Shown here piece after piece: positions 24,106 through 37,202 of a stretch of DNA of 64,000 bases. Numbering within the stretch: position 1 is the stretch's first letter; the number at the start of each line of letters is the position of its first letter. Origin of the DNA: Escherichia coli (GTDB lineage: Bacteria; Pseudomonadota; Gammaproteobacteria; Enterobacterales; Enterobacteriaceae); the NCBI RefSeq assembly GCF_051903065.1, contig NZ_CP178438.1. One strand, 5' to 3'. The notes beneath the pieces were generated by a model, which did no database searches, was not told the DNA's origin, and saw only the letters and a program-made list of their open reading frames with translations. The position numbers and the translations under genes were made by a program.

Positions 24106-25364
24106 GTTTTGCGACCATTTCTGTTATCGGACTGGGTTACATCGGGCTGCCTACAGCAGCAGCGTTTGCCTCACGGCAAAAACAGGTGATTGGTGTCGAT
24201 ATCAACCAACACGCGGTTGATACTATCAATCGTGGCGAAATCCATATCGTCGAGCCTGATTTGGCGAGCGTAGTAAAAACTGCCGTAGAAGGCGGTTTTT
24301 TACGAGCGAGCACGACGCCAGTTGAAGCGGATGCCTGGCTGATTGCTGTACCCACGCCGTTTAAAGGCGATCATGAGCCAGATATGACCTACGTTGAATC
24401 GGCTGCTCGCTCCATTGCGCCAGTGCTGAAAAAAGGCGCGCTGGTGATCCTTGAATCCACCTCGCCGGTGGGGTCAACCGAGAAGATGGCAGAATGGTTA
24501 GCAGAGATGCGTCCGGATCTCACTTTCCCACAGCAGGTGGGCGAGCAGGCGGACGTCAACATTGCTTACTGCCCGGAACGCGTGTTACCGGGCCAGGTTA
24601 TGGTCGAGCTGATTAAAAACGATCGCGTGATTGGTGGTATGACGCCGGTTTGTTCGGCCCGCGCCAGCGAACTGTACAAAATTTTCCTCGAAGGTGAGTG
24701 TGTCGTCACTAACTCGCGGACGGCGGAAATGTGTAAGCTCACCGAAAACAGCTTCCGCGATGTGAATATCGCTTTTGCTAATGAATTGTCGCTGATTTGT
24801 GCCGATCAGGGGATTAACGTCTGGGAACTGATTCGCCTGGCGAATCGTCACCCTCGCGTTAATATTCTTCAGCCTGGCCCTGGCGTGGGCGGTCACTGCA
24901 TTGCTGTTGATCCGTGGTTTATCGTGGCACAGAACCCCCAGCAGGCGCGGCTTATCCGTACCGCGCGCGAAGTGAACGATCACAAACCGTTCTGGGTTAT
25001 CGATCAGGTGAAAGCGGCGGTGGCTGATTGCCTGGCGGCTACCGATAAACGCGCCAGTGAACTGAAAATCGCCTGCTTTGGTCTGGCGTTTAAACCGAAT
25101 ATTGATGACCTGCGCGAAAGCCCGGCGATGGAAATCGCTGAACTGATCGCCCAGTGGCATAGCGGCGAAACTCTGGTTGTTGAGCCTAACATCCACCAGT
25201 TGCCGAAAAAACTGACCGGGCTTTGTACTCTGGCGCAGCTTGACGAGGCGCTGGCAACGGCAGACGTGCTGGTGATGCTGGTCGATCATAGTCAGTTCAA
25301 AGTTATCAATGGCGACAATGTCCATCAGCAGTATGTCGTCGATGCCAAAGGAGTCTGGCGCTGA
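24102..25364 (+). CDS. wecC: UDP-N-acetyl-D-mannosamine dehydrogenase
   Basis: 420-aa ORF, NAD-binding GLGYIGLP, overlaps wecB stop. Confidence 0.92.
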   Translation: MSFATISVIGLGYIGLPTAAAFASRQKQVIGVDINQHAVDTINRGEIHIVEPDLASVVKTAVEGGFLRASTTPVEADAWLIAVPTPFKGDHEPDMTYVESAARSIAPVLKKGALVILESTSPVGSTEKMAEWLAEMRPDLTFPQQVGEQADVNIAYCPERVLPGQVMVELIKNDRVIGGMTPVCSARASELYKIFLEGECVVTNSRTAEMCKLTENSFRDVNIAFANELSLICADQGINVWELIRLANRHPRVNILQPGPGVGGHCIAVDPWFIVAQNPQQARLIRTAREVNDHKPFWVIDQVKAAVADCLAATDKRASELKIACFGLAFKPNIDDLRESPAMEIAELIAQWHSGETLVVEPNIHQLPKKLTGLCTLAQLDEALATADVLVMLVDHSQFKVINGDNVHQQYVVDAKGVWR

Positions 25365-26431
25365 TGAGAAAGATTCTGATAACAGGTGGTGCCGGGTTTA
25401 TTGGCTCGGCGCTGGTGCGTTATATCATCAACGAAACGAGCGACGCGGTGGTAGTGGTCGATAAGCTGACCTACGCCGGAAACCTGATGTCGCTGGCACC
25501 GGTCGCGCAAAGCGAGCGCTTTGCCTTTGAGAAAGTTGATATCTGCGATCGGGCAGAACTGGCACGCGTATTCACTGAGCATCAGCCAGACTGTGTCATG
25601 CATCTGGCAGCCGAAAGCCATGTTGACCGTTCTATTGACGGCCCGGCAGCGTTTATTGAAACCAACATTGTCGGGACTTATACATTGCTTGAAGCGGCGC
25701 GGGCTTACTGGAATGCGCTAACGGAAGATAAAAAATCAGCGTTCCGTTTTCATCATATCTCCACTGACGAAGTATATGGTGACCTGCACTCGACGGATGA
25801 TTTCTTCACCGAAACCACGCCGTATGCGCCGAGCAGCCCTTATTCCGCGTCAAAAGCCAGCAGCGACCATCTGGTGCGCGCCTGGCTGCGGACCTATGGT
25901 CTGCCGACGCTTATCACCAACTGCTCGAATAACTACGGCCCTTACCACTTTCCGGAAAAACTGATCCCGCTGATGATCCTCAACGCGCTGGCGGGTAAAT
26001 CGCTGCCGGTATATGGCAACGGGCAGCAAATCCGTGACTGGCTGTATGTGGAAGATCACGCCCGCGCGCTGTATTGCGTGGCGACCACCGGGAAAGTCGG
26101 TGAAACCTATAATATTGGTGGTCACAACGAGCGTAAGAATCTCGATGTTGTGGAAACCATTTGCGAGCTGCTGGAAGAACTGGCTCCGAACAAGCCGCAA
26201 GGCGTGGTGCATTATCGTGACTTGATCACCTTTGTCGCTGACCGTCCGGGGCATGATCTGCGCTATGCCATTGATGCTTCGAAAATTGCCCGTGAACTTG
26301 GCTGGCTGCCGCAGGAAACCTTTGAAAGTGGAATGCGTAAAACGGTGCAGTGGTATCTGGCTAATGAAAGTTGGTGGAAGCAGGTGCAGGACGGCAGCTA
26401 TCAGGGCGAGCGTTTAGGTCTGAAAGGCTAA
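25364..26431 (+). CDS. rffG: dTDP-glucose 4,6-dehydratase
   Basis: 355-aa [11 protein letters not shown] Rossmann motif, YSASK catalytic motif. Confidence 0.92.
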   Translation: MRKILITGGAGFIGSALVRYIINETSDAVVVVDKLTYAGNLMSLAPVAQSERFAFEKVDICDRAELARVFTEHQPDCVMHLAAESHVDRSIDGPAAFIETNIVGTYTLLEAARAYWNALTEDKKSAFRFHHISTDEVYGDLHSTDDFFTETTPYAPSSPYSASKASSDHLVRAWLRTYGLPTLITNCSNNYGPYHFPEKLIPLMILNALAGKSLPVYGNGQQIRDWLYVEDHARALYCVATTGKVGETYNIGGHNERKNLDVVETICELLEELAPNKPQGVVHYRDLITFVADRPGHDLRYAIDASKIARELGWLPQETFESGMRKTVQWYLANESWWKQVQDGSYQGERLGLKG

Positions 26432-26449
26432 TTTTCAGCGGAGGCAAAC

Positions 26450-27331
26450 ATGAAAGGTATTATCCTGGCGGGCGGTTCCGGCACCCGATTGCATCCGATT
26501 ACGCGCGGCGTATCGAAGCAACTGTTGCCGATTTACGATAAGCCAATGATTTACTATCCGCTGTCGGTGCTGATGCTGGCCGGTATCCGCGAAATTCTCA
26601 TCATCACTACGCCGGAAGATAAAGGTTATTTCCAGCGCCTGCTGGGCGATGGTAGTGAGTTCGGTATCCAGCTGGAATATGCCGAACAGCCCAGCCCGGA
26701 CGGTCTGGCGCAGGCCTTTATCATCGGTGAAACCTTCCTTAATGGTGAACCTTCTTGTCTGGTGCTGGGCGATAACATCTTCTTCGGTCAGGGCTTCAGT
26801 CCGAAGCTGCGTCATGTTGCGGCGCGCACGGAAGGGGCGACGGTTTTTGGCTATCAGGTGATGGACCCGGAACGCTTTGGCGTGGTGGAGTTTGACGACA
26901 ATTTCCGCGCTATCTCGCTGGAAGAAAAGCCAAAACAGCCGAAGTCAAACTGGGCGGTGACCGGGCTTTATTTCTACGACAGTAAAGTCGTGGAGTACGC
27001 AAAGCAGGTGAAGCCGTCGGAGCGTGGTGAACTGGAGATTACCTCCATCAACCAGATGTACCTCGAGGCGGGCAACCTGACCGTTGAACTGCTCGGGCGC
27101 GGATTTGCCTGGCTGGACACTGGCACTCACGACAGCCTGATTGAAGCCAGCACCTTTGTACAGACGGTGGAAAAACGCCAGGGCTTTAAGATTGCCTGCC
27201 TGGAAGAGATCGCCTGGCGTAACGGCTGGCTCGATGACGAGGGTGTGAAGCGTGCTGCCAGTTCATTAGCGAAAACTGGCTACGGCCAATATCTGCTGGA
27301 GTTACTTCGTGCCCGTCCGCGCCAGTATTGA
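26450..27331 (+). CDS. rffH: glucose-1-phosphate thymidylyltransferase
   Basis: 293-aa ORF, GGSGTRL motif. Confidence 0.92.
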   Translation: MKGIILAGGSGTRLHPITRGVSKQLLPIYDKPMIYYPLSVLMLAGIREILIITTPEDKGYFQRLLGDGSEFGIQLEYAEQPSPDGLAQAFIIGETFLNGEPSCLVLGDNIFFGQGFSPKLRHVAARTEGATVFGYQVMDPERFGVVEFDDNFRAISLEEKPKQPKSNWAVTGLYFYDSKVVEYAKQVKPSERGELEITSINQMYLEAGNLTVELLGRGFAWLDTGTHDSLIEASTFVQTVEKRQGFKIACLEEIAWRNGWLDDEGVKRAASSLAKTGYGQYLLELLRARPRQY

Positions 27332-27983
27332 GCCACTAACCTGGGAAAACGCCTTCTTTGGTGTTAACAGCGCCATCGTGCGCATTACGTCTGAAGCACC
27401 GCTCCTGACGCCAGACGCGTTAGCGCCGTGGTCACGGGTGCAGGCCAAAATTGCGGCATCAAATACGGGTGAACTGGATGCCCTGCACCAGCTGGGATTC
27501 TCCCTGGTAGAAGGTGAAGTTGATTTGGCGCTACCCGTGAACAATGCCAGTGATAGCGGTGCTGTAGTGGCACAAGAGACCGATATTCCCGCATTACGTC
27601 AGTTAGCCAGCGCCGCATTTGCGCAAAGCCGTTTTCGTGCGCCGTGGTATGCGCCTGACGCCAGCAGTCGCTTTTATGCACAGTGGATTGAAAATGCCGT
27701 GCGCGGCACCTTTGATCATCAATGTCTGATTTTACGTGCGGCGTCCGGCGATATTCGCGGTTATGTCTCTTTACGGGAACTCAATGCGACAGATGCGCGA
27801 ATTGGCCTGCTGGCTGGACGCGGTGCAGGTGCTGAGCTGATGCAAACGGCGCTAAACTGGGCGTATGCTCGCGGTAAAACAACTTTGCGGGTGGCGACCC
27901 AAATGGGCAACACCGCCGCGCTTAAACGATACATACAAAGTGGTGCGAATGTAGAAAGCACCGCGTACTGGTTATACAGGTGA
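27309..27983 (+). CDS. wecD: dTDP-fucosamine acetyltransferase (GNAT)
   Basis: 224-aa ORF overlapping rffH end; start choice uncertain. Confidence 0.8.
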   Translation: MPVRASIEPLTWENAFFGVNSAIVRITSEAPLLTPDALAPWSRVQAKIAASNTGELDALHQLGFSLVEGEVDLALPVNNASDSGAVVAQETDIPALRQLASAAFAQSRFRAPWYAPDASSRFYAQWIENAVRGTFDHQCLILRAASGDIRGYVSLRELNATDARIGLLAGRGAGAELMQTALNWAYARGKTTLRVATQMGNTAALKRYIQSGANVESTAYWLYR

Positions 27984-27987
27984 TCAC

Positions 27988-29118
27988 ATGATTCCATTTA
28001 ACGCACCGCCGGTGGTGGGAACCGAACTCGACTATATGCAGTCGGCAATGGGTAGCGGCAAACTGTGTGGCGATGGCGGTTTTACCCGTCGCTGCCAGCA
28101 GTGGCTGGAGCAACGTTTTGGCAGCGCCAAAGTGTTACTGACGCCGTCCTGCACTGCTTCGCTGGAGATGGCGGCGCTGCTGCTCGATATCCAGCCTGGC
28201 GATGAAGTGATCATGCCGAGCTACACCTTTGTCTCCACCGCCAATGCCTTTGTGCTGCGTGGCGCAAAAATCGTTTTTGTGGATGTTCGCCCGGACACCA
28301 TGAACATCGACGAAACGCTGATTGAAGCGGCGATCACCGACAAAACGCGCGTTATCGTGCCGGTCCATTACGCGGGTGTGGCCTGCGAAATGGACACCAT
28401 TATGGCGTTGGCGAAAAAGCATAATCTGTTTGTGGTGGAAGATGCCGCTCAGGGCGTGATGTCCACTTACAAAGGGCGTGCACTGGGAACCATTGGTCAT
28501 ATTGGCTGCTTTAGCTTCCATGAAACCAAAAACTACACGGCGGGTGGTGAAGGCGGCGCGACGCTGATTAACGATAAAGCGTTAATCGAACGAGCCGAGA
28601 TCATCCGTGAAAAGGGCACTAACCGCAGCCAGTTCTTCCGTGGTCAGGTCGATAAATATACCTGGCGCGATATTGGCTCCAGCTATTTGATGTCCGATCT
28701 GCAAGCTGCGTACCTGTGGGCGCAACTGGAAGCAGCGGATCGTATCAACCAGCAACGTCTGGCGCTGTGGCAAAACTACTACGATGCGTTAGCACCTCTG
28801 GCGAAAGCCGGGCGTATCGAGCTGCCGTCGATTCCCGATGGCTGCGTGCAGAACGCGCATATGTTCTACATTAAACTGCGGGATATTGATGACCGGAGCG
28901 CGTTGATTAACTTTCTGAAAGAAGCGGAAATCATGGCGGTGTTCCATTACATTCCGCTGCACGGTTGCCCTGCGGGGGAACGCTTTGGTGAGTTCCACGG
29001 TGAAGATCGCTACACCACCAAAGAGAGCGAGCGCCTGCTGCGCCTGCCGCTGTTCTACAACCTGTCGCCCGTCAATCAGCGTACGGTAATTGCGACTTTG
29101 TTGAACTACTTCTCCTGA
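27988..29118 (+). CDS. wecE: dTDP-4-oxo-6-deoxy-D-glucose transaminase
   Basis: 376-aa ORF of the DegT/aminotransferase family (SFHETKN lysine motif). Confidence 0.92.
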   Translation: MIPFNAPPVVGTELDYMQSAMGSGKLCGDGGFTRRCQQWLEQRFGSAKVLLTPSCTASLEMAALLLDIQPGDEVIMPSYTFVSTANAFVLRGAKIVFVDVRPDTMNIDETLIEAAITDKTRVIVPVHYAGVACEMDTIMALAKKHNLFVVEDAAQGVMSTYKGRALGTIGHIGCFSFHETKNYTAGGEGGATLINDKALIERAEIIREKGTNRSQFFRGQVDKYTWRDIGSSYLMSDLQAAYLWAQLEAADRINQQRLALWQNYYDALAPLAKAGRIELPSIPDGCVQNAHMFYIKLRDIDDRSALINFLKEAEIMAVFHYIPLHGCPAGERFGEFHGEDRYTTKESERLLRLPLFYNLSPVNQRTVIATLLNYFS

Positions 29119-29119
29119 T

Positions 29120-30370
29120 ATGTCGTTGGCAAAAGCGTCCTTGTGGACGGCGGCCAGTACACTGGTCAAGATTGGTGCCGGGTTACTGGTCGGTAAGTTG
29201 CTGGCGGTGTCATTTGGTCCGGCGGGGCTTGGGCTGGCGGCAAATTTCCGCCAGTTGATTACCGTGCTCGGCGTGCTTGCCGGGGCTGGCATCTTTAACG
29301 GTGTAACCAAATACGTTGCCCAGTACCATGATAATCCGCAACAGCTGCGCCGCGTGGTCGGCACTTCATCAGCGATGGTACTTGGTTTCTCTACGCTGAT
29401 GGCGCTGGTTTTTGTGCTGGCAGCAGCGCCAATCAGCCAGGGATTGTTTGGTAATACCGACTATCAGGGGCTGGTACGTTTAGTGGCGTTGGTGCAAATG
29501 GGGATCGCCTGGGGCAACCTGTTACTGGCGTTGATGAAAGGCTTTCGCGATGCCGCAGGTAATGCGTTATCTCTGATTGTCGGCAGCTTGATTGGCGTTC
29601 TCGCGTACTACGTCAGTTACCGTTTGGGCGGTTATGAAGGGGCGTTGCTGGGTCTGGCGCTGATTCCCGCGCTGGTGGTGATTCCTGCCGCCATCATGTT
29701 GATCAAACGTGGTGTCATCCCGTTAAGCTATCTGAACCCCAGCTGGGATAACGGTCTGGCAGGGCAGTTGAGCAAATTTACGCTCATGGCGTTGATTACG
29801 TCGGTGACCTTGCCTGTTGCTTACATCATGATGCGTAAACTGCTGGCGGCGCAGTATAGCTGGGATGAGGTGGGGATCTGGCAAGGGGTGAGCAGTATTT
29901 CCGATGCCTACCTGCAATTTATTACGGCATCGTTCAGCGTATATTTGCTGCCCACGTTGTCGCGGCTAACGGAAAAGCGCGATATCACCCGGGAAGTGGT
30001 TAAATCGCTGAAATTCGTCTTACCGGCAGTGGCGGCGGCGAGTTTTACCGTCTGGTTGCTGCGTGATTTTGCTATCTGGCTGCTGTTGTCGAATAAATTT
30101 ACCGCTATGCGCGATCTCTTTGCCTGGCAGTTAGTGGGTGATGTGTTAAAAGTGGGCGCTTATGTCTTTGGTTATCTGGTGATCGCCAAAGCTTCACTGC
30201 GGTTTTATATTCTGGCGGAAGTCAGCCAGTTCACTTTATTGATGGTATTTGCCCACTGGCTAATCCCTGCGCATGGTGCACTGGGCGCGGCGCAGGCCTA
30301 TATGGCAACCTATATCGTCTATTTTTCTCTTTGTTGTGGCGTGTTTTTACTCTGGCGTAGGCGGGCATGA
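29120..30370 (+). CDS. wzxE: ECA lipid III flippase
   Basis: 416-aa polytopic membrane ORF. Confidence 0.9.
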   Translation: MSLAKASLWTAASTLVKIGAGLLVGKLLAVSFGPAGLGLAANFRQLITVLGVLAGAGIFNGVTKYVAQYHDNPQQLRRVVGTSSAMVLGFSTLMALVFVLAAAPISQGLFGNTDYQGLVRLVALVQMGIAWGNLLLALMKGFRDAAGNALSLIVGSLIGVLAYYVSYRLGGYEGALLGLALIPALVVIPAAIMLIKRGVIPLSYLNPSWDNGLAGQLSKFTLMALITSVTLPVAYIMMRKLLAAQYSWDEVGIWQGVSSISDAYLQFITASFSVYLLPTLSRLTEKRDITREVVKSLKFVLPAVAAASFTVWLLRDFAIWLLLSNKFTAMRDLFAWQLVGDVLKVGAYVFGYLVIAKASLRFYILAEVSQFTLLMVFAHWLIPAHGALGAAQAYMATYIVYFSLCCGVFLLWRRRA

Positions 30371-31446
30371 CTGTACTGATTCACGTACTGGGATCGGATA
30401 TCCCTCACCATAACCGAACCGTTTTGCGGTTTTTCAATGACGCGCTGGCCGCGACGAGCGAGCACGCGCGCGAGTTTATGGTTGTTGGCAAGGACGACGG
30501 CTTAAGTGATAGCTGTCCGGCGCTTTCTGTGCAATTTTTCCCTGGGAAAAAATCGCTGGCGGAAGCGGTCATCGCGAAAGCAAAAGCTAACCGTCAGCAG
30601 CGTTTTTTCTTCCACGGTCAGTTCAATCCCAAACTGTGGCTGGCTTTGCTGAGTGGTGGCATTAAGTCCCGCCAGTTTTTCTGGCATATCTGGGGGGCAG
30701 ATCTGTATGAGCTTTCCAGTGGCTTGAGATATAAGCTTTTTTACCCGCTACGTCGCCTGGCGCAAAAGCGAGTCGGCTGTGTATTTGCCACCCGCGGTGA
30801 TTTGAGCTTTTTTGCCAAAACGCATCCAAAGGTGCGGGGCGAACTGCTGTACTTCCCGACGCGGATGGACCCTTCTCTCAATACGATGGCGAACGATCGG
30901 CAACGTGAAGGGAAAATGACCATTCTGGTGGGGAACTCCGGCGACCGCAGCAATGAGCATGTCGCCGCCTTACGTGCCGTTCATCAGCAATTTGGCGATA
31001 CGGTAAAAGTGGTGGTGCCGATGGGATATCCGCCTAATAACGAAGCGTACATTGAGGAAGTTCGTCAGGCGGGGCTGGAGTTATTCAGCGAAGAAAATCT
31101 GCAAGTTCTGAGCGAAAAACTGGAATTTGACGCCTATCTGGCGCTACTTCGTCAGTGCGATCTCGGTTACTTTATTTTTGCCCGCCAGCAGGGCATTGGT
31201 ACGCTGTGCTTACTGATTCAGGCGGGCATTCCTTGTGTGCTTAACCGGGAAAATCCGTTCTGGCAGGATATGACGGAACAGCATTTGCCGGTGCTGTTTA
31301 CTACCGACGATCTCAACGAGGATATTGTGCGTGAAGCGCAGCGCCAGTTGGCGTCGGTGGATAAAAACACCATTGCCTTCTTTAGCCCGAACTATCTGCA
31401 AGGCTGGCAGCGGGCGTTGGCGATTGCCGCCGGGGAGGTCGCATGA
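30367..31446 (+). CDS. wecF: TDP-Fuc4NAc:lipid II Fuc4NAc transferase
   Basis: 359-aa ORF overlapping wzxE stop. Confidence 0.9.
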
Positions 31447-32795
31447 GTCTGCTGCAATTCAGTGGCCTGTTTGTGGTCTGGCTGCTCTGCACGCTGTTTA
31501 TTGCCACGCTGACCTGGTTTGAGTTTCGCCGTGTGCGCTTTAACTTCAATGTCTTCTTTTCATTGCTGTTTTTGCTCACCTTTTTCTTCGGCTTCCCTCT
31601 GACCAGCGTGCTGGTATTTCGCTTTGATGTTGGTGTAGCGCCGCCAGAAATCTTGTTGCAGGCGTTGCTTTCTGCGGGCTGCTTCTACGCGGTTTACTAC
31701 GTCACCTACAAAACCCGCCTACGCAAACGCGTTGCTGATGTACCGCGCCGTCCGCTGTTTACCATGAACCGCGTGGAAACCAATCTTACGTGGGTGATCC
31801 TGATGGGCATCGCGCTGGTAAGCGTCGGCATCTTCTTCATGCACAACGGCTTTTTGCTGTTCCGGCTTAACTCCTACAGTCAGATCTTCTCCAGTGAAGT
31901 CTCCGGCGTGGCGTTAAAACGCTTCTTTTACTTTTTCATCCCGGCGATGCTGGTGGTCTACTTTCTGCGCCAGGACAGCAAAGCGTGGCTGTTTTTCCTC
32001 GTCAGCACGGTCGCCTTTGGCTTGCTGACTTATATGATTGTCGGCGGCACTCGCGCCAATATCATCATCGCATTCGCTATCTTCCTGTTTATTGGCATTA
32101 TTCGCGGCTGGATTTCGTTGTGGATGCTGGCGGCGGCGGGCGTGCTGGGGATTGTTGGCATGTTCTGGCTGGCGCTAAAACGCTATGGAATGAATGTGAG
32201 CGGCGATGAAGCGTTCTATACGTTTCTCTATCTCACTCGCGACACCTTCTCGCCGTGGGAGAATCTGGCGTTGCTGTTGCAGAACTACGACAACATCGAC
32301 TTCCAGGGCCTGGCTCCAATTGTCCGCGATTTCTATGTCTTTATCCCTTCCTGGCTGTGGCCGGGTCGCCCGAGTATGGTGCTGAACTCAGCCAACTACT
32401 TTACCTGGGAAGTGCTGAATAACCACTCCGGACTGGCGATCTCGCCTACGCTTATAGGCTCACTGGTGGTGATGGGCGGCGCGTTGTTCATCCCGCTCGG
32501 GGCGATTGTGGTTGGACTGATCATCAAATGGTTCGACTGGCTGTATGAGCTGGGCAACCGCGAGACTAATCGCTATAAGGCTGCGATATTGCACAGTTTC
32601 TGCTTTGGGGCGATCTTCAATATGATCGTGCTGGCACGTGAAGGGCTGGATTCGTTTGTCTCACGCGTAGTCTTTTTTATCGTGGTCTTCGGCGCATGTC
32701 TGATGATCGCAAAACTGTTGTACTGGCTTTTTGAAAGCGCCGGACTCATTCATAAACGTACAAAATCATCGCTCCGGACGCAGGTTGAAGGATAA
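31443..32795 (+). CDS. wzyE: ECA polymerase
   Basis: 450-aa polytopic membrane ORF overlapping wecF stop. Confidence 0.9.
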
Positions 32796-32797
32796 CA

Positions 32798-33538
32798 ATG
32801 AATAACAACACCACGGCACCGACCTATACGCTGCGTGGCTTACAGTTGATTGGTTGGCGTGATATGCAGCACGCCCTCGATTATCTGTTTGCTGACGGGC
32901 AGCTTAAGCAGGGAACGCTGGTTGCCATTAATGCTGAAAAAATGCTGACCATTGAAGATAACGCCGAGGTCAGGGAGTTAATTAACGCTGCCGAATTTAA
33001 ATATGCGGATGGCATCAGCGTTGTACGTTCAGTACGTAAAAAGTACCCGCAGGCGCAGGTTTCCCGCGTTGCCGGTGCCGATCTCTGGGAAGAGCTGATG
33101 GCGCGCGCAGGCAAAGAAGGGACGCCGGTATTTCTTGTGGGCGGTAAACCTGAAGTGCTGGCGCAAACTGAAGCTAAACTGCGCAACCAATGGAATGTGA
33201 ATATCGTTGGCAGTCAGGATGGTTATTTTAAACCCGAGCAGCGTCAGGCGCTGTTTGAACGCATTCATGCCAACGGAGCGCAAATCGTCACCGTTGCGAT
33301 GGGATCGCCAAAGCAGGAGATCTTCATGCGCGACTGCCGTCTGGTGCATCCAGATGCGCTGTATATGGGCGTTGGCGGGACTTACGATGTTTTCACCGGT
33401 CACGTAAAACGCGCACCGAAAATCTGGCAAACGCTGGGACTGGAGTGGCTCTACCGCCTGCTTTCGCAGCCGAGCCGCATTAAGCGTCAGCTTCGTTTGC
33501 TGCGTTATTTACGCTGGCACTACACCGGCAACCTCTGA
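32798..33538 (+). CDS. wecG: UDP-ManNAcA transferase
   Basis: 246-aa ORF of the WecB/TagA/CpsF family. Confidence 0.9.
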   Translation: MNNNTTAPTYTLRGLQLIGWRDMQHALDYLFADGQLKQGTLVAINAEKMLTIEDNAEVRELINAAEFKYADGISVVRSVRKKYPQAQVSRVAGADLWEELMARAGKEGTPVFLVGGKPEVLAQTEAKLRNQWNVNIVGSQDGYFKPEQRQALFERIHANGAQIVTVAMGSPKQEIFMRDCRLVHPDALYMGVGGTYDVFTGHVKRAPKIWQTLGLEWLYRLLSQPSRIKRQLRLLRYLRWHYTGNL

Positions 33539-33556
33539 TTTTCCTCTCTTTGTAAA

Positions 33557-33595
33557 GCGACGGAGTGGTCACTCCGTCGCCTGTCTGCTTTTTTA
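33557..33595 (+). terminator. rho-independent terminator of wec operon
   Basis: hairpin gcgacggagtggtcactccgtcgc followed by a T-run. Confidence 0.75.
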
Positions 33596-33728
33596 TTACA
33601 CAAAGCATTCAAATTTTTAATGCTTTATTTGCCATTTCTCCTGAATTACGAAAACATTCGCAACACTCGATGTACCCATAACGATAACCGGTAACACCGG
33701 AAAGCATGCAAACACAACACGAGGATTT

Positions 33729-35114
33729 ATGGCAGATAACAAACCAGAGCTACAGCGTGGGCTGGAAGCTCGACATATCGAACTCATCGCCCTGGGGGGC
33801 ACCATTGGCGTCGGCCTGTTTATGGGGGCCGCCAGTACCCTGAAATGGGCCGGGCCATCCGTATTGTTGGCCTATATCATCGCCGGGCTGTTCGTCTTTT
33901 TCATCATGCGTTCAATGGGCGAAATGTTGTTCCTCGAACCGGTTACCGGTTCGTTCGCCGTTTATGCGCATCGTTATATGAGCCCGTTCTTTGGCTATCT
34001 CACCGCCTGGTCTTACTGGTTTATGTGGATGGCGGTGGGGATCTCTGAAATCACCGCCATTGGCGTTTATGTCCAGTTCTGGTTCCCGGAGATGGCGCAG
34101 TGGATACCCGCATTGATCGCAGTGGCGCTGGTGGCGTTGGCGAATCTGGCGGCGGTGCGGTTGTACGGCGAAATCGAGTTCTGGTTCGCGATGATCAAAG
34201 TCACCACGATTATCGTGATGATTGTCATTGGCCTGGGCGTGATTTTCTTTGGCTTTGGCAATGGCGGGCAGTCGATTGGTTTTAGCAATCTCACAGAGCA
34301 TGGCGGTTTCTTTGCGGGTGGCTGGAAAGGGTTCCTGACCGCGCTGTGTATTGTGGTGGCGTCCTACCAGGGCGTGGAGCTGATTGGCATTACTGCCGGT
34401 GAAGCGAAGAATCCGCAGGTGACGCTGCGCAGTGCCGTAGGCAAGGTGCTGTGGCGGATCCTGATTTTCTACGTAGGCGCGATTTTCGTTATCGTCACCA
34501 TCTTCCCGTGGAATGAAATAGGCAGCAACGGCAGCCCGTTCGTACTGACTTTTGCCAAAATCGGTATTACCGCAGCGGCGGGCATTATCAACTTTGTGGT
34601 GCTGACGGCTGCGCTCTCTGGCTGTAACAGCGGCATGTACAGTTGCGGACGTATGCTCTATGCACTGGCGAAAAACCGTCAGTTACCGGCGGCGATGGCG
34701 AAAGTTTCCCGTCACGGCGTACCAGTTGCGGGTGTGGCAGTATCTATTGCTATTCTGCTAATTGGCTCATGCCTGAACTACATCATTCCCAATCCGCAGC
34801 GTGTGTTTGTCTACGTCTACAGTGCCAGCGTGCTTCCGGGGATGGTGCCATGGTTTGTGATATTGATAAGCCAGCTGCGTTTTCGGCGTGCACATAAAGC
34901 GGCGATTGCCAGCCATCCGTTCCGCTCAATCCTGTTCCCGTGGGCCAACTACGTAACAATGGCATTCCTGATTTGCGTTTTGATCGGCATGTACTTTAAT
35001 GAAGATACGCGTATGTCGCTGTTTGTTGGCATCATCTTTATGCTGGCGGTGACGGCGATTTATAAAGTTTTTGGCCTTAATCGCCACGGGAAAGCGCATA
35101 AACTGGAGGAATAA
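33729..35114 (+). CDS. yifK: APC-family amino acid permease
   Basis: 461-aa ORF with 12 predicted TM helices. Confidence 0.9.
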
Positions 35115-35216
35115 GCAGCAAAACGCACAAACCGTAACCAAACGCGCAATTTATTTAAAAAGGGACTAGACAGAGGGGGGGGAAGTCCGTATTATCCACC
35201 CCCGCAACGGCGCTAA

Positions 35217-35293
<77 letters not shown>

Positions 35294-35350
35294 TTTAGTC
35301 CCGGCGCTTGAGCTGCGGTGGTAGTAATACCGCGTAACAAGATTTGTAGT

Positions 35351-35427
35351 GGTGGCTATAGCTCAGTTGGTAGAGCCCTGGATTGTGATTCCAGTTGTCG
35401 TGGGTTCGAATCCCATTAGCCACCCCA
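35351..35427 (+). tRNA. hisR: tRNA-His (GUG)
   Basis: GGTGGCTATAGCTCAGTTGGTAGAGCCCTGGATTGTGATTCCAGTTGTCGTGGGTTCGAATCCCATTAGCCACCCCA including the extra 5' G typical of tRNA-His. Confidence 0.95.
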
Positions 35428-35447
35428 TTATTAGAAGTTGTGACAAT

Positions 35448-35534
35448 GCGAAGGTGGCGGAATTGGTAGACGCGCTAGCTTCAGGTGTTAGTGTCCTTAC
35501 GGACGTGGGGGTTCAAGTCCCCCCCCTCGCACCA
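35448..35534 (+). tRNA. leuT: tRNA-Leu (CAG)
   Basis: 87-nt class II tRNA GCGAAGGTGGCGGAATTGGTAGACGCG...CTTCAGG...CCCCCCCTCGCACCA. Confidence 0.95.
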
Positions 35535-35576
35535 CGACTTTAAAGAATTGAACTAAAAATTCAAAAAGCAGTATTT

Positions 35577-35653
35577 CGGCGAGTAGCGCAGCTTGGTAGC
35601 GCAACTGGTTTGGGACCAGTGGGTCGGAGGTTCGAATCCTCTCTCGCCGACCA
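35577..35653 (+). tRNA. proM: tRNA-Pro (UGG)
   Basis: CGGCGAGTAGCGCAGCTTGGTAGCGCAACTGGTTTGGGACCAGTGGGTCGGAGGTTCGAATCCTCTCTCGCCGACCA. Confidence 0.95.
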
Positions 35654-35659
35654 ATTTTG

Positions 35660-35688
35660 AACCCCGCTTCGGCGGGGTTTTTTGTTTT
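35660..35688 (+). terminator. rho-independent terminator of tRNA operon
   Basis: hairpin aaccccgcttcggcggggtt followed by ttttgtttt. Confidence 0.8.
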
Positions 35689-35799
35689 CTGTGCATTTCG
35701 TCACTCTCCCTTCGCAATAAACGCCCGTAATAACTCATTGCCCCACGGTATGATTTCGCCCTTAACGTATTGAAGGATGACTTCAGGCAAGGAGCGACC

Positions 35800-37035
35800 A
35801 TGCTGCAACAGGTTCCAACGCGTGCTTTTCATGTGATGGCGAAACCGAGCGGTTCCGATTGTAATCTGAACTGTGACTACTGTTTTTATCTCGAAAAACA
35901 ATCCCTTTACCGCGAAAAGCCAGTCACGCATATGGACGATGACACGCTGGAAGCGTATGTCCGTCACTATATCACTGCCAGCGAACCGCAAAACGAAGTG
36001 GCTTTTACCTGGCAGGGCGGCGAACCAACGTTACTCGGGCTGGATTTTTACCGCCGTGCCGTAAAGTTACAGGCGAAATACGGTGCTGGCAGGAAGATAA
36101 GTAACAGCTTCCAGACTAACGGCGTGCTGCTCGATGATAAATGGTGTGCATTTCTGGCAGAAAATCATTTTCTTGTTGGGTTATCGCTGGACGGTCCGGC
36201 TGAGATCCACAATCAATATCGCGTGACCAAAGGTGGCAGACCAACGCATAAGCTGGTGATGCGTGCCCTGACGCTGCTGCAAAAACATCATGTCGACTAT
36301 AACGTGCTGGTCTGCGTCAACCGCACCAGCGCGCAGCAACCGTTGCAGGTTTATGATTTTTTGTGCGATGCGGGAGTCGAATTCATCCAGTTTATTCCGG
36401 TGGTCGAGCGTCTGGCTGATGAAACAGCTGCCCGCGATGGACTGAAATTGCATGCGCCTGGTGATATTCAGGGGGAACTGACGGAATGGTCGGTGCGCCC
36501 CGATGAATTTGGTGAATTTCTGGTGGCGATATTCGACCACTGGATTAAACGCGACGTCGGCAAGATTTTCGTGATGAATATCGAATGGGCGTTTGCCAAT
36601 TTTGTCGGTGCGCCGGGTGCGGTTTGCCATCATCAGCCAACCTGTGGGCGCTCGGTGATTGTTGAGCACAATGGCGACGTTTACGCCTGCGATCACTATG
36701 TTTATCCGCAATATCGACTGGGGAATATGCACCAGCAAACAATTGCAGAAATGATCGATTCCCCGCAACAGCAGGTGTTTGGTGAAGATAAATTTAAGCA
36801 ATTACCGGCGCAGTGTCGCAGTTGTAACGTGTTAAAAGCATGTTGGGGAGGCTGCCCGAAACACCGCTTCATGCTCGATGCCAGCGGCAAACCGGGACTG
36901 AATTATTTGTGTGCCGGGTATCAGCGTTATTTCCGCCATCTACCGCCATATCTTAAAGCAATGGCTGATTTGCTGGCGCACGGTCGCCCGGCCAGCGACA
37001 TTATGCATGCGCATTTGCTGGTGGTGAGTAAGTAA
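35800..37035 (+). CDS. aslB: anaerobic sulfatase-maturating enzyme homolog (radical SAM)
   Basis: ORF 35770-37035 trimmed to MLQQVPTRAF; CNLNCDYC radical-SAM cluster motif. Confidence 0.9.
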   Translation: MLQQVPTRAFHVMAKPSGSDCNLNCDYCFYLEKQSLYREKPVTHMDDDTLEAYVRHYITASEPQNEVAFTWQGGEPTLLGLDFYRRAVKLQAKYGAGRKISNSFQTNGVLLDDKWCAFLAENHFLVGLSLDGPAEIHNQYRVTKGGRPTHKLVMRALTLLQKHHVDYNVLVCVNRTSAQQPLQVYDFLCDAGVEFIQFIPVVERLADETAARDGLKLHAPGDIQGELTEWSVRPDEFGEFLVAIFDHWIKRDVGKIFVMNIEWAFANFVGAPGAVCHHQPTCGRSVIVEHNGDVYACDHYVYPQYRLGNMHQQTIAEMIDSPQQQVFGEDKFKQLPAQCRSCNVLKACWGGCPKHRFMLDASGKPGLNYLCAGYQRYFRHLPPYLKAMADLLAHGRPASDIMHAHLLVVSK

Positions 37036-37069
37036 AAAAGCGGCCATTTTGTGGCCGCCTGCGGTTGAT

Positions 37070-37178
<109 letters not shown>

Positions 37179-37202
37179 GCAGATCTCAGCGATAGCGCCG
37201 GC